Shown here piece by piece: positions 50,628 through 64,000 of a DNA stretch of 64,000 nucleotides (position 1 is the stretch's first letter; every line of letters starts with the position of its first letter). A program made the translations under genes and the position numbers. The DNA is taken from positions 53,136,001 to 53,200,000 of the forward strand of contig CM052817.1 in the NCBI GenBank assembly GCA_028534125.1, read 5' to 3'. This stretch comes from Lama glama. Lineage: Eukaryota. A model generated the notes under the pieces. That model made no database searches and was not told where the DNA came from. It saw only the letters and a program-made list of their open reading frames with translations.

Positions 50628-50781
50628 CTGGAAAATGCAGAGGAAAAACTTTATAGATTTTTGAATTTTGCCTAGGATTGTACTAGGGAGGAACAAATCT
50701 GACTCTATATTGGATCTATTTCATTTACTTTAACTACTGTATTCTCCTGCTTTTGTTCCAAATTAATCACTAAAGTGATAC

Positions 50782-51186
50782 TGCTATAGCTTAAAGTATA
50801 CAAAATGGCCCACCTCCTGGAACCCTGCCTTCCATACCTGAGTGTTAAGCTAAAATACCTTTGTTTAAGCTCACAGGAAACATCCTGACCATGCCCACCA
50901 GTAAGTAACTGCGGGGAAAAAAAGGAATTAACACATCCTCTCCAGGACGGAACCAGGAACTATTTGCAACAACTTACCACCTTTTCGCTTTACTTCCTTA
51001 CCTCCCTCTATTTTATAAAAGAAACGAGCATCCAAATCCAGGCAAAATGGTTCCCTGGGACACTAGTTCACTATCTTCTCAGTTTGCTGGCTTTCTGAAT
51101 CAAGTCACTACTCCTTGTCCTAACAGCTCATCTCTAGATTTACTGGCCTATAGTGCGGAGAGCAGTACAGGCTTGGACTCAGCAAC
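50782..51186 (+). mobile_element. ERV1-class solo LTR
   Basis: TG...AACA termini, TATA-like tataaaa at ~51014, and a U5-like end 'gatttactggcctatagtgcggagagcagtacaggcttggactcagcaaca'. TSD not clear. Confidence 0.7.
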
Positions 51187-51479
51187 AGGATTAGCTCATA
51201 AATGATTTTCTATCACCATAATATTTGACGAAATTGGAACTTGTTTTAACATATTTTTAGGTTATTTAGGGTTTCTAGGGTAACATCCCATGGTTTGGGG
51301 GAAATAACACAGCCTTCGGATTTGGATAAAGCTTCTAATCCTAGTCAATAATTTTATAGCTTTGTTATCTGGGGATATTCTCTCTCTCCAGGTCTCAGTT
51401 TCTATTTTGTAAACAAACTACATTTTAGAGCTCTTAGGAAGTCTGGATGGCATGGTACTGTAAGTTTCTACAGCACATA

Positions 51480-52029
51480 TCTGTGATAGTACCTCCATCC
51501 TTCACTTACTCTTTCTCCTTTCACCAAAGCCCAATACTGTAAGGACATCCAGACTCCTCCACAAGGCACTGTGCTTTGGGGGAGGGAATTCTTATCCCAG
51601 CATTAAGGGTACTTCTTAATTGGGCTAATCTAATCATGGCATTCCCATTTTGCTTGCCAGTGACTGGATTAGGTGTATGATCCAATTATGGGCAAGAAAT
51701 ACGAGGGGCAGTCTTCACAGAAGGTATGAAAACGTTTCTTCCCTCTAAAAGTGAAACTTTATAACTCACATTCTCTTTCCAGATATGTGTTAATGTCTGA
51801 ATATAATGCCAGGGGATACTGTAGCCAACTTGCTATGAGCCTATGGAGAAAATGAAGCAGAAAATGGCAGAAAGATGTTGGTGTTCTACCTGTTATCACT
51901 AATCATCTGAGTAACTTGCTGGGACTACAAGAACTCTAGACTTTTTGTTGTGGAGATGATAAATTTTCCTTGATTTTAAATAGAATGAAATAGTTGCTGT
52001 AATTTACAAACAAGACATTCTAACCAACA
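51480..52029 (+). mobile_element. Ancient ERVL/MaLR-class LTR, apparently within a MIR fragment
   Basis: 'cccattttgcttgccagtgactggattagg...ccaattatgggcaagaaa'; end 'cattctaaccaaca'; MIR-like sequence on both sides. Confidence 0.5.
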
Positions 52030-53569
52030 GTGATGACGACAGTATGTGGTAAGTGTTCAATAGATGTTATTTTCCTTATTTCCCATTTATCCCTAGAAGT
52101 GTTACAGTATGTATACCTAAAATTATTTAGCTTGATACCAATCTAAATGCTGTATAGAAAAAAATGGTTTGATCAACTGCTTAACTTGAATCCATGGGGG
52201 AAATTTATAACCAGTGCTAATTATGTGCTAAGTTCATCCTCATTTAAGAATGAAATTAGCATAATTTGACTAGATATCTCAGTGTAGAAATGAGATGAGA
52301 AATCACTTTATTTTGCCCATTAAGATATAATTCTGCATTTTTAAAGGTTGACATTAGTTCAAACTAAAAATTATTTTATTATTACATATTAAAATCAATA
52401 GAATATTGATACAATTAAAAGCATACTGAGCATCCAGCATACTAAGGGATCATAAAATGTATATTTCATTCTAATAATAAAGTTAAAGAAAACAGTTAAA
52501 AGCTAATGAGGATAAGCATACATAAGTTATCTTTATTTCTCATCTAGAAAATATACTCAAGGAGCTAATTCAGTTTTTTTTTTCAATAAACTGTATAATT
52601 CATATCTATGTTGTTTCTATGAGTGGAGAAAAAAAGTCAAGGAACTTAACTATAGATGGCAGTTCAGAGCTTTCCTTGATTAAACTGGGAACATTCAGAA
52701 GAAAAACAAAAAACAAAAAACAACTCCCTAAAGGAAGGAAGCTCTTGACACCAGGCAGCCCTGAATAAGTCCTGGGAAGGAGTTATTTTTTTTAACTTTG
52801 TTAAGAATAATAGGGTGAGTTTCAAAACAGCATTCTAATTAAGGACTAGAAATAAAATAAAAGATTTGGATAAAGTGATGACAGTTAAGGATCTTATCCT
52901 CATTTGAATTCTTTTAACAATTACTGTCCAAACCATATTTATGGCATTTACTTTTGACTGCATTCCTTTGCATTGTGTGTGTGTGTGTTTGTACCTCTTT
53001 TTTTCAGTCCTAGCGGACTGTAATTTTAAATAGCTAAGATGCAGTCTCCATCCTTGCCTTTTCTATTTTTTTCTTGGCACAGAAGAAAGATTTATAAATC
53101 GTAGGCTTTTGATAAATTTTGTAGATGAGTGAGGGATAAAGTAGAACTATAATTTATAATTTGTTTACTTTTAAGAAAATTTAACTGTTTTTTGTGCTAA
53201 TGCTGACATTTTTATAAGAAAAATACTATAAATGAAAAATCCTAATAACCTATAATTACCAAATTTACTATAAATATACATCCAAAGCATAAGTTACTAA
53301 AAAGTCACTCCATGTTAGTACTGCACCCTATTTACTAGTAAATTTTTGAGGGTAAATAATTTCTAATTTACTGAATTAGATCTCTACAACAGAAGGCAGA
53401 TCATTTCCATTTTCATGACTGCCCCAAATCCAATGAAGAGAACTTTTATTTTGATCCAAAAGCATGTTGTTGTCCATTCCCAGGTCTAAAAAGAATCTCT
53501 GTGAGAATAAGAAACTGCTAACTAACAATACATACACACACACTCTGCACTGATTGTCATAGTGTCATA

Positions 53570-56500
53570 TCTCTTAGTTGACATGAAGTCTCTAGCTAGT
53601 CTATTGAAAGCTTGCAACTTCCCAGGGAAGGGTTAGAAGGTAAATTGAGGTCAATTTAGTGAATTTCAGTTCTTAGCTTGGAAGCAGCTACCCATTCCCA
53701 ACCCCAGCCCTGTAGCAAATGGTTGTGCACTTTTTTTTCTGAAGCAGCCTGCACAGAGCTTGTAGAGCCAGAGTGGGCAAAAGGACCCGTCCTCCAAATA
53801 TCAGAGATTTGTGCTCTGATCACTCATTGCTGCTTCTGATCTCAGAGGTGTGGACTAAGAAGTTGGTGACCATTGTTGGTGCATCTCCCCCCATTGTTGC
53901 AAGCCCCCCTTTCTCCAGCTAAAGTGATTTCTAAGGGCTTTAAAGGAACACTGCCCTTTTTCCCCATCTCTTTTTTCCCCTTTTGGGAGACAGACATTAA
54001 TGACTAAGACATTCAAAAGAAATTGCATATACAGGGGAAATTAGAAAGTTACTGTGCATGCAGAAAGAAAAGAACAGGCTCAGAAAAGAGCCGATAAGAC
54101 CATAAGTATATAACTCAGGCCGATCCTTGGCAAAGAGACAACTTAAAACAATAAAAACAAAAACAGCAAACCAAAACAGTAGCAGCAACAACAAAAATTT
54201 AAGCAAAACTTGGGAAATTGGGAGAATATGATTAAGAAAGAGCTAACCATGTTTTTTGGTTCAACTGTCCAGTTTTTAACAACAACAACAAAATTACAGG
54301 GCATACAAAGAAACAGGATAATATGGCAGATACTAACTACTATATATAAAATAGATGAACAAGTTTATATTGTATAGCACAGGGAACAATATTCAGTATC
54401 TTGTAGTGACCTATAATGAAAAAAGAATATGAAAAGGAATATATATATGACATATGTATATATATATGACTGAAACATTATGCTGTACACCAGAAATTGA
54501 CACATTGTAAACTGACTATACTTCAATGAAAAAAAAAAAACAGAAATAGGATAATATGGTCTATTAAAAGGAAAAAAAAATCAACAAAAGCTACCCTTGA
54601 AAAAGATCTGATAGCAGATATACTAGACAAAGGCTTTAAAACAGTCTTAAAGATGTTTGAAGAACAAAAAGAAGATGTGGAATAAATCAAGAAAATGATG
54701 TATGAACAAAATGAAAATATCAATGAAAAGAAAATCTATAAAGAAAACAAAATGAAATCCTGAAGCTGAAAAGTACAACCACCAAAACAAGAAATTCACT
54801 AAAGGAATTTAAAGGTAGATTTGAGCAGGTTGAAGAAAGAATCAGCAAATTAGAGATAAGGTATTAGAAAGTACTGAGTGTGAGAAGCAGGAAAAAAAAG
54901 ATGGAAGACATGTGAAAAGAGCCTAATGAACTTACGAGACACTATTAAGCATACAGTGAGAGTCCCAGAAGGAGAAGAGAAAAGGTCAAAGAGAACATTT
55001 GCAAAGATGATGACTGAAAACCTCTCAAATTTAATAAAAGGCATGAATATATACATCTTAAGAAGCTGAACAAACTCCAAGTAGGATAAATGCAAAGAAA
55101 CTCATTTTGAATCACATTATAATAAAACTTTCAAAAGTCACAGACACAGAATCTTGAAAGTAGCAAGAGAAATTACTCATCAGATTAAAGAGAATTCAAT
55201 AGGATTATAAGATTTCTTTTCAGAAACTTTGGAGGTTAAAAGACAGTGGGCAGATATATTCAAAGTGCTAAAAGAAAAAAAAACTGCCAATCAATAATCC
55301 TATGTCCAACAAAATTTTTCTTTGCAAGTGAGGAAGAAGTAAAGACATTTCCAGATAAATAAAAGCTGAGGGAGTTTATTACTATCAAACCTGCCCTGCA
55401 AGAAATGCTAAAGAGAGTTCTGCAAGTTAAAATGAGATGACACTAGACAGTAACTCAAAGCTATTTGAAGAAATGAAGATCTCGGTTAAACACATGGACA
55501 ATTATAAATGCTAGTATTACTGCAACAATACTTTATAATTCCACTTTTTGTTTCTATGTGATGAAAAACATATTTTTAAAAAATCAACAATTATTAGTCT
55601 AAAAGCTAGTATTATTATAACTTTAATTTGTAATTTCACAGTTTATTTTCTACATAATTCAAGAGACTATAAAATAATTATTAGTTTTTGCTTTGGGGCA
55701 CGTACTTTTTGTGACATCAACAATTGAAAGAAGCAGGGATGGAACTATAAAGGAGCATTTTTTTTTTAATGTTATTGGCTTAAGCTGGTATAAATTCACA
55801 TTAGAGTGTTAAAACTTTAGGATGTTAAATGTAATCCCCATGGTAACTACAAAGAAAATAGCTAAAGAATATACACAAGAGGGAATGATAAAGGAATTTA
55901 AATATTCTACTACAAAAAAAGCAACAAAACATAAAAGACAATAACACAGGAAATGAGGAACAAAAAAGCTTTAAGACATATGGAAAACAAATAATAAAAT
56001 GACAGAAGTAAATTCACATTCAAGGAACTCAGAACAGAGACTGCCTCAACATACAAAAGCCATATATGAAAAACCCATAGCAAACATCATGCTTAATAAT
56101 GAAAGACTGAAATCTCTTCCTCCAAGATCAGATACAAGGCAAGGATGTCTACTTTCACACTTCTGTTCAACATAGTACTGGAAGATTTAGCCAACTTAGT
56201 GAAGAAAAAGAAATAAAAGCCATCCATTTTTGAAAGGAAGAGGTAAAATTACCTCTGTTCACAGATACTGTCCTCTTACATGCAGAAAACCCTAAGGAAT
56301 CCACATACAAAAAAAAAAGACTGCTAGAACTTGAATTTAGCAAAGTAGTGGATACAAAGCCAACAAGCAAAAAATATTTGCATTTTTATACATTAACAAT
56401 GAACAATCCTAAAATAAACTGAAGAAAGCAATTTCATTTACAATATATCATTAAAAAGAATAAAACACTTAGGAATTAACCAAGGAGGTGAAAGACTTGT

Positions 56501-58185
56501 ACAATGAAAACCACAAAACATTGCTAAAAGAAACGAAAGGAAACATAAAAAAAGGGAAATACATCTCATGTTTATGGAGTGGTAGACTTAACATTGTTAA
56601 GATGTCAGTACTACCCAAGACAATTTCTGTATTGAATTCAATCCCTAACAAACTCCCAATGTCATTTTGTGCAGAAGTAGAAAAACTCATCCTAAAATTA
56701 ATGTGAAATCTCAAGGGCTGCCCAAATAACCAAAAAAATCTTGAAAAAGAATAACAAAACTGGGAAACTCACACTTCCTGATTTTATAACATTACTAAGC
56801 TTCAGTAATCAAAGTGTGGTACTGGCATAAAGAGACATAGACATATAGATCACGGAATAAAATAGAGAGCCCAGAAATAAACCCTCACATATATGCTAAA
56901 ATGATTTGAGAAGGGTGCTAAGACCATTCTATGAGAAAAGTACAATCTTTTCAACAAATAGTGCAGGAAAAATTGGGTATTCACATGCAAAAGAGTGAGG
57001 CTGGATCTTACCTAACACCACATACAAAAAGTGACACAAATGAATCAAAGATCTAAATGGAAAAGCTTGAACTATAAAAGTCTTAGAAGAAAACAGGGCA
57101 AAAACTTCGTGACATTGAATTTGGTGGTTATTTCTTGACTATGACATGAAATCCAGAAACAACACAAGTAAAAAAAGACAAATTGGACTTCATGAAAATT
57201 TAAAAATTTTGTACACTTAGAGATGTTATCAATAGAATAAAATGGCAACATACATAGTAGAAAATTTTTGCAAATCATATATATGTTAAGAGATTAACAG
57301 CCAAAAAATAGACCTCATAAAACATAACAATGAAAAACAAACAACCCAATATCAAAATTTGGCAGAGGACCTGAGAAGGATATGCATATCCAAAGTAGAT
57401 ACACAAACGTCCAGTAAGCACATGGTAAGAAGTTAACATCACCAATCATCAGGGAAATGCAAATTAAAACCAGTGAGATATTATCTCACACCCACTAGGA
57501 TGGCTAGTATCAAAAGTCAGAAAATATTAAATGCCAGTGAGATTGTGGTGAAATTGGAATCCTTGTGCACTGCTATTGGGAATGTAAAATGGTACAGCCA
57601 TTACAGAAAATGGTATAGTGGTTCCTCATAAAATTAAACAAAAAATTATCATCAATTTTACTTTTTGGTATGTGTACAAATTAACTGAAACCAGAGTCTT
57701 GAAGAGGTATTTATCACCCATGTGCATAGCAGAATTATTCACAATAGATCAAATGTGGAAGTACCCATCAATGAATGAATGGAAAAGCAAAATGTTGAAT
57801 ATACACAAAATGAAATATTCAGCCTTAAAATCCTACATTCATTACACATGTATAACATATTCTACAACATGTATGAACCTTGAGGACATTAGGCTAAGTG
57901 AAATAAGCCAGTCTCAAAAATAATATCGTATGATTCCACATACATGAGGTACTTAAAATAGTCCAAATCATAGAGAAAGTAGAACGGTCATTGCCAGGGG
58001 CTGAGTGGGAAGGAGAATGGGAAGTTATTGTTTAAGGGATACAGAGTTTTAGTTTTATAACATTAAAAAAGTTCTGGAGATGCGTGGTGGTAATAGTATC
58101 ACATTATAATAAATGTATTTAATTCCACTTAAAAGTGATTAAGATGGTAGGTTTTTCTGTTGAGTGTATTTTACCATAATAAAAG
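53570..58185 (+). mobile_element. Old LINE-1 (L1MB-like): 5' region, ORF1, long spacer, ORF2 with the endonuclease/linker deleted at ~56015, and 3' UTR
   Basis: ORF1 motifs 54560-55430; RT and C-terminal motifs 56020-57950 (ORF 56488-56706); L1MB-like tail 'aaagttctggagatg...gtattttaccataataaaa'. Confidence 0.85.
54327..54541 (+). mobile_element. 215-bp 5'-truncated younger L1 nested in the old L1
   Basis: L1 3' UTR plus poly-A; 18-bp TSD agaaa(c/t)aggataatatgg at 54309-54326 and 54542-54559. Confidence 0.92.
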
Positions 58186-59271
58186 AAGATAAACTGTAAC
58201 AATATGCCCCCCAAATGCTATGCTAATTTGCTGACATTTCATGACAAATAATTTTAGAATTTATCATAAGTCAAGAACTAACATCAGAAGGGAACCACTG
58301 GTTTTAGGGTCCCAGTGACCTCTCTGACTCACAAAGGCAAGTAGAGTTAGTTGGCCATGACAATCTGCTGTAAATGACATTAGGATGCATATCCTCTAAG
58401 AAAGCTGATCTACACAGGTTACCATGGAGCCTGAAAAAGTTTGGGTCCTTGGTAGAGAAAGGGGTAATAGGAATAATAAAAGAAAGAAGGAATTAAATGA
58501 AATCAAATCAAAATTCGCAATTACTGAGAAACTTTTCTATAAAAGTGTGTTTCTTTGTTTTTTTAATACAGATGTATATCCAAGAGGAGTTTTAATGAGT
58601 TCAGCAGGAGAAAGAAATGATCACTAAAGGTTAGGAAAAAGAAAGCAAATGCTAAGTATTCTAGGTCCAGGAGACTACTATATAAAACAATATTACACAT
58701 ATGACACTTCAAATAAGACATGGCTCCTTCTAGTCTAGGAGTTGCTGAATTTTCAGCATGATAAAATTGTTCTTCTCACTGCATCAACTTCTGTAAGCCT
58801 AGATTATATCTTTAATAACTCAATAGAACCTCCATTTTCTTTTAAACCAATACCTAAAAATCCAAAATTTGTCCCTAGATTACCAACATCTTTTTACCTT
58901 ATAATGTGTAAAATATTCTCTTTAATTTACTTCAACTGTTTCTTCAGATATATAATCTTAAATGAGTAGCCAGTTTTATAAGTATACCAGCCTTTAATAG
59001 ATTTTGTATATTTTATCTGCATGTATATATGGTGTACAGTTATCATACATTATAAAAACAATAAAAATATAATCATTATATGTAAGATACAAGTATTATA
59101 ACATATAACTAATAAAAATATAATTTTTGCAAAATTAAAAACAGTTATATAAAATGATATCGTAATGTTTATAGCTCTATTATATTCCAGCTTCTGAAAA
59201 TTCTGTATCTATTTCTGTATTGGATTACCAGGTAACCCTTCTCTGCTCAAATTCCTTCAATAGCTCTGTAG

Positions 59272-59388
59272 TTAACTCATAATTTTAGTACACTTAGTTA
59301 TGTCAAGAATTGAATTAAATAAAAGTGTACTAAAATTATGAATTAAACTCAGTTATGTCAAGAACTGAATTAAATATGAGTTTAATTC
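59272..59388. repeat. Compound inverted/direct repeat
   Basis: Inverted repeat 59272-59295/59323-59346 (24 bp, 1 mismatch); inverted repeat 59340-59351/59377-59388 (12 bp); direct repeat 59296-59321/59351-59376 (26 bp, 1 mismatch). Confidence 0.9.
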
Positions 59389-60173
59389 TACCAGATTTTA
59401 CTGTTTTCCATTTGTCAAATTACTGCTTTGTTCATGTCTTCCTCCTTTTCTTACCTTTAAATTAACTGATAATCACAATTAATTTTTAGCTCTTCATTTT
59501 TGTATTATTCTTTTGGTGATTACAGTAAGGATTACTATAACATTCCTTGAATTATTACAGAACACTTTATCTTCACAAAGAATCAAACTAACTACAAGCC
59601 TTGGTGGTCAAGATAATTTATTTGTCCCAGTGTTGCTATAATATATTACCTAAAATGTTAACTACTTTTTAATGAGGCATGAAAGGCAACAGAAGATTGT
59701 GATCCACATATAGGGAAAAAAGTAGACAACAGAAAAAAATGTTTGCAGGAGACCATATGTTAGATTTAGCAAACAAAGACTTTTAATCAGCTGTTATAGA
59801 TATATACAGAAACTGTTTAAAAATTTTTAGGGAGGAATGATAGCCATGTCTCATGAAATAGGAAATAATAAAAGTTATATTTAATAAAAAAGAACCAAGT
59901 GAAAATTCTGGAACTGAAAAACACAATAATAAAAAAATTACTAAAGTGAATCTGCAATAAATCTGAGCTAATAAAAGCAAACTTGCAGATATATCAATAT
60001 AGATTATTCAACTCATATTGAATAGGGCAGAGAGACACACACATAAAAAATGAAGACAAATATAAAGATTTTCAAAGAAATGTAGGATGCTAGTAAGTGT
60101 GCCAATAGACATACAATGGGAGTCTCATAAGAGGAAAGAGATAAAGTATCAGAAAAAAGTTCAAAACATAATT

Positions 60174-60340
60174 GGTGGGAGGAGGGTATAGCTCAAGTGG
60201 TAGAGTGTATGCTCAGCACGCCTGAGGTCTTGGGTTCAACCCCAGTACCTCCTCTAAAAAAAAAAATTAATAAATAAAGTAAATAAACCTAATTATCTCT
60301 CCCCTCAAAAAAATGTAAAAAATAAAAAGAATAAAAAATA
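60174..60340 (+). mobile_element. tRNA-derived SINE (camelid Vic-1-like)
   Basis: A box 'tagctcaagtgg', B box 'gggttcaacc', A-rich middle, 'aaataaacctaattatctctcccc' and an A-rich tail; imperfect TSD aaaacataatt/aaaatattaatt. Confidence 0.85.
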
Positions 60341-60839
60341 TTAATTAGTGATCAAAAATAAATCTACTGATAAAAGGGGCAGTCCATTGGGAAGACATAA
60401 CAATTCTAACATATGCACCAGACGATGGAGAAATTATATAAAGATAAACTAAATTTGAAGTTAAAAAATAGGAAATTCAACAATAGTTCAATATTTTAAT
60501 ATGCCACTTTCAATAACTGACAGAACGCCAGGTATATCATGAAGGATAAAGAAGACTTGAAAAATACTATAAACTAACTAGATTTAACAGTCATGTATAG
60601 AACACTTCACCCAACAAAATAAAATACACATGAAACTTCTCAAACACACACGCATGAAATTTTCTACAGGATAAACATTCCAAACCAAAAAAAGAAAAAA
60701 AAGAAAGAAAAGAAAAAATCTTCAGTAAATTTTAAAACATTGAAATTATAAAAGTACGTTATCCTACTACAATGTAAATTAGAAATTAATAACAAAATAA
60801 GATTTTAAAAATTCACAAGTATGTGAAAATTAACACATC

Positions 60840-61040
60840 TTTCAGTCTTTCTCTGTGACTCCTGGTTCTATTATCATATCACTTCTAATTTTCTTGTCTC
60901 TTTTCCCTAATAAACACTCTTTAGTTACCTTAGGCCCCCAGCTCTAGGTTCCCAACTTAATCATATTGGCAATTTCCTTTTACCATGTCCCAGCTATTAG
61001 GACATGGGCACTTTTAGGGGGCTATTATTTTGCCTACTTA
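60840..61040 (-). mobile_element. MLT1-like LTR fragment
   Basis: 'attaggacatgggcacttttaggggg ctattattttgcctac' resembles the reverse strand of an MLT1 5' end. Confidence 0.55.
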
Positions 61041-63329
61041 AAACTGTTAAAATTGGCGTAAGAAAAAAATAGAAAATCTGAATATGGCAATTAAACAGAT
61101 AGGATTAGTAATTAATTTCTCTCAAAAAAGCCCAGACCCAGATGGTTTCATAAATGTCTGGTAAATTGTATTTAAAGAATTAAAACCAATCCTTTATAAA
61201 CTCTTTCAAAATTAGAAGAAGAGGGGATATTTCCCAACTCATTTGATGAGGCAAGCACTACCCTGATACCAAAACCTGACAAAGACAGCACGAGAAAATA
61301 AAACTGTACTCACTGTAAATATAGATGTAAAAATTCTCAACAAAATACTAACAAACTGAATCCAGTATCTTACAAAAAGCATTATACATCATGATGAAAA
61401 GTGATTCAGCTAAGAAATGCAAAGTTGTTTTCCAACTTCCAAAAATCAACAATGTACCATATTAACAGAATGAAAGACAAAAAACACACGATCCACTAAA
61501 CAGACAGAAAAGGCATTTAACAAAGCCCAAAACCCTTTCATGATGAAAATGTTAAATATACTATCAAAAGAAGGAAATTTCCTCAACATGATGAAGGGAC
61601 TCTGCAATAAAATTATAGATAACATCATACTTAATAGTGGAACTCAATACTTTCTTCCTAAGATGAGGAATTTAAAAAAGATAAGTACTTTTATCATTTC
61701 TATTCCACACTAATACTGAAGATGTTAGTTACATCACATCATACAAAAAAAATTAACCCAGAATGGATCAGACCCAAATGAAACAGCTAAAACTATAAAA
61801 CTCTTAGAAGAAAATATAGGAATAATCCTTCATGATCTTTAATTAGGCAGTGGTTACCTAGATTCAACACCAGACCACAAGAAACAAATGAAAACTAATA
61901 GATAAATTGGGCTTTACTAAATTTTAAAACTTTTGTGATTCAATGGACACCATCAAGAAAATGAAAAGATAGCCCACAGAATGGAAAAAAATGCAAAGTA
62001 TGTATTAGATAAGGGAATAATATCTGGAGTATAATAAATAACTCCTAACTTAATAATGGAAGAAGGATTTGTATAGACATTTCTCCAAAGAAGATATGCA
62101 ACTGGCCAGCAAGCATATGAAGAGACACTCAAATCATTAGTCATTAGGGAAATGCAAACCCAACCCAGGATAAAATGCCACACTCACTTGGATGGTTAAA
62201 ATACAAAAGACTGCAATGACAACTGCTGGTAAGGATGTGGTGACAGTGTAGCCCTCATACGTTATATACTTTAAGTGGTTTAGTTGTATGGTTATGTGAA
62301 TCTTAGCTCAATAAAGCTGTTAAAAATAGTACAGAAATTTCTAATACACCCTTCATTCAACTTCTCTTCAAGTCAACAACAACAAAAATGTCTTACGTAA
62401 GTACAGAACATATAGCAAAGCTAAGAAATTAACATCAGTGCACTATTTTCAATGAAAAGTACAGAACTAATTCAGATTTTATGCATTTTCCACTAATTTC
62501 TTTCTTTTCTCTGATAATCCAGGATCCCCCATTAAATTTAGTTGTCCTTCAGTCTGTAACAGTTCTTCAGTCTTCCCTTATATTTATTACTTAGACAATT
62601 TTCCAGAGTAACTGGCCAGTTACTTTGTAGAATATCCCAATTTGTATTTTTCTGATGTTTTCTCATGACTATGTTGAGTAATGCATTATTGGCAAGGACA
62701 TTACAGAGACGATGTGCCCTTCTCAGGGGGCTCTACAATAACAATGTGATTTGATTTATCACTGGTTATGTTCATCTTTATCTCTTGGCTAAAGTGTATC
62801 TGGGGTAATTAGAATGTTTTAAAACTAGATTGTGTTACAAAACTTTGTGTGTATACTAAAATGCCATTGAATTATACATATTAAATTAATGAATTTTATG
62901 TTGTGTTAATTATAGTTAGTAAAGCTATTAAAACAATGCACTTATGCCCACCTATATTAAGAGAGGTACATTTCTCAAGTTAAGTGGTAACAGTCCCAAC
63001 TTAATTTCTACTATTTGAATATCATCTAGTGTACTGCTAACAATTCTCACTATCAGAGTTAAGAAAGTGGAGCCCTATGAATATCTACAATTAAAATCTC
63101 TCCTAAAGATTGCAGTTAGGATAGGAACTGATCAATAAATTGCATCACATAAAGCAGTAGTTCACAAACACTGAGCCACGCAAAGCTCACCATTCTTTGA
63201 TGTAGAAAATTTACAATACAGTTTCTTTAGCCCACTTGCAGAGGTGTGTATCCAGGCCTAAGGCTGGACCCAGGAGGATCATCAGAAATGAGACCACTGT
63301 ACTTTACTAAATATTAGATATTTCTCCCC

Positions 63330-64000
63330 AACACAATGACAGCTTCTATGAATCCATGTGTTTAGTGCTCACTCCTTTAGGACACTCCTCTAACTCATTT
63401 CTTGTGATCTTCTAATGCTGTTTTCTCAAGGTTCCTGAACAACTATTCAGGCCATCCTCTACTGTCCAGGAAGCATGTGTGTTTCTTTGACTCAGGTCCC
63501 ATTTCCTCCTTACAAAGTGAGTATCCTAGTATATCCTTACAACTTTCTTCACTTATATTTACACTTCAGGACCACTCCTATGTGGGTTATATGTGGCAGC
63601 CATTTCATTTTCAGCCAGGAAATCATAGATTGTTTGACTCTATCTTTGAACCAAAACCCTACTTGTTCTGGTTTTTTTATTCAGTGAGACATTGGGAACT
63701 ACCTGGGAGAAAACAGGTACAAATTAAAGGACAGGCAGCAGTGCAACAGACGTGGGTGACATGAACATCGGTGCCATCGGTGCAAGTAACTTATTCATGC
63801 CATTTGGACCATCTGGGCCTCCATCAAAAATATGTCACTCCCATCCAGTGGCGGCTTGCTTCTCCACCCACCCAAACTTCGGTTTTGTAGACTTGGTAAC
63901 AGCCAGTTAAGGATGGGCAGTTCCCGGCACATCAACATTTATTGTTTCATGATCAGATGCTCAGTGTCACATAGATTTCAGCAGTATACCAGGAGTGACA
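63330..64000 (-). mobile_element. ERVL/MaLR internal pol-like remnant (RT connection/RNase H region)
   Basis: Minus-strand translation fragments ELPILNWLL and GWE*HIFDGGPDGPNGMNKLLAPMAPM parallel the remembered ERVL pol motifs ELPIMNWVL and KWKWYI...GPEGTSKLHEEVAQMP. Confidence 0.65.

Larger units (their letters stand above)
59670..62325 (+). mobile_element. Ancient fragmented LINE-1
   Basis: Collinear ORF1, endonuclease, RT and C-terminal remnants with large deletions. Confidence 0.75.

Noticed and set aside
58690..58853. Possible upstream exon of the minus-strand candidate gene
   Set aside because: Acceptor-like site only; several stops and no convincing donor.
60177..60255. tRNA gene
   Set aside because: A and B boxes are followed by an A-rich SINE body and tail; it is a SINE head.
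1..64000. CRISPR arrays, operons or prokaryotic defence systems
   Set aside because: The sequence is mammalian retroelement-rich DNA with no repeat-spacer array or dense coding.

Overview
AT-rich mammalian genomic DNA, probably camelid: there is a tRNA-derived SINE of the Vic-1 type at ~60.2 kb and cetartiodactyl-type L1 3' ends, and I recognised no Alu, Bov or PRE-1 SINEs. No intact protein-coding gene, rRNA, true tRNA or CRISPR is visible. Most of the window is retroelement-derived. From 3.8 to 36.5 kb there are five near-full-length minus-strand LINE-1s. Three are nested inside each other (14.4-30.3 kb), with two exact and one degenerate target-site duplication (TSD), and a 500-N gap hides the core of the youngest. 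Two polyadenylated non-L1 retrocopies are present, one fused to an L1. From 36.5 to 64 kb there are old L1, L2, MIR, MaLR/ERVL/ERV1 LTRs and an ERVL-like pol remnant. In the non-repeat DNA I find two chains of splice-site-bounded, phase-compatible segments with disrupted reading frames (minus strand 41.7-50.6 kb; plus strand 10.5-13.7 kb). These may be decayed multi-exon genes, and I could not identify them. Repeat family names come from memory of consensus motifs, not a database search, and boundaries of old repeats are approximate.
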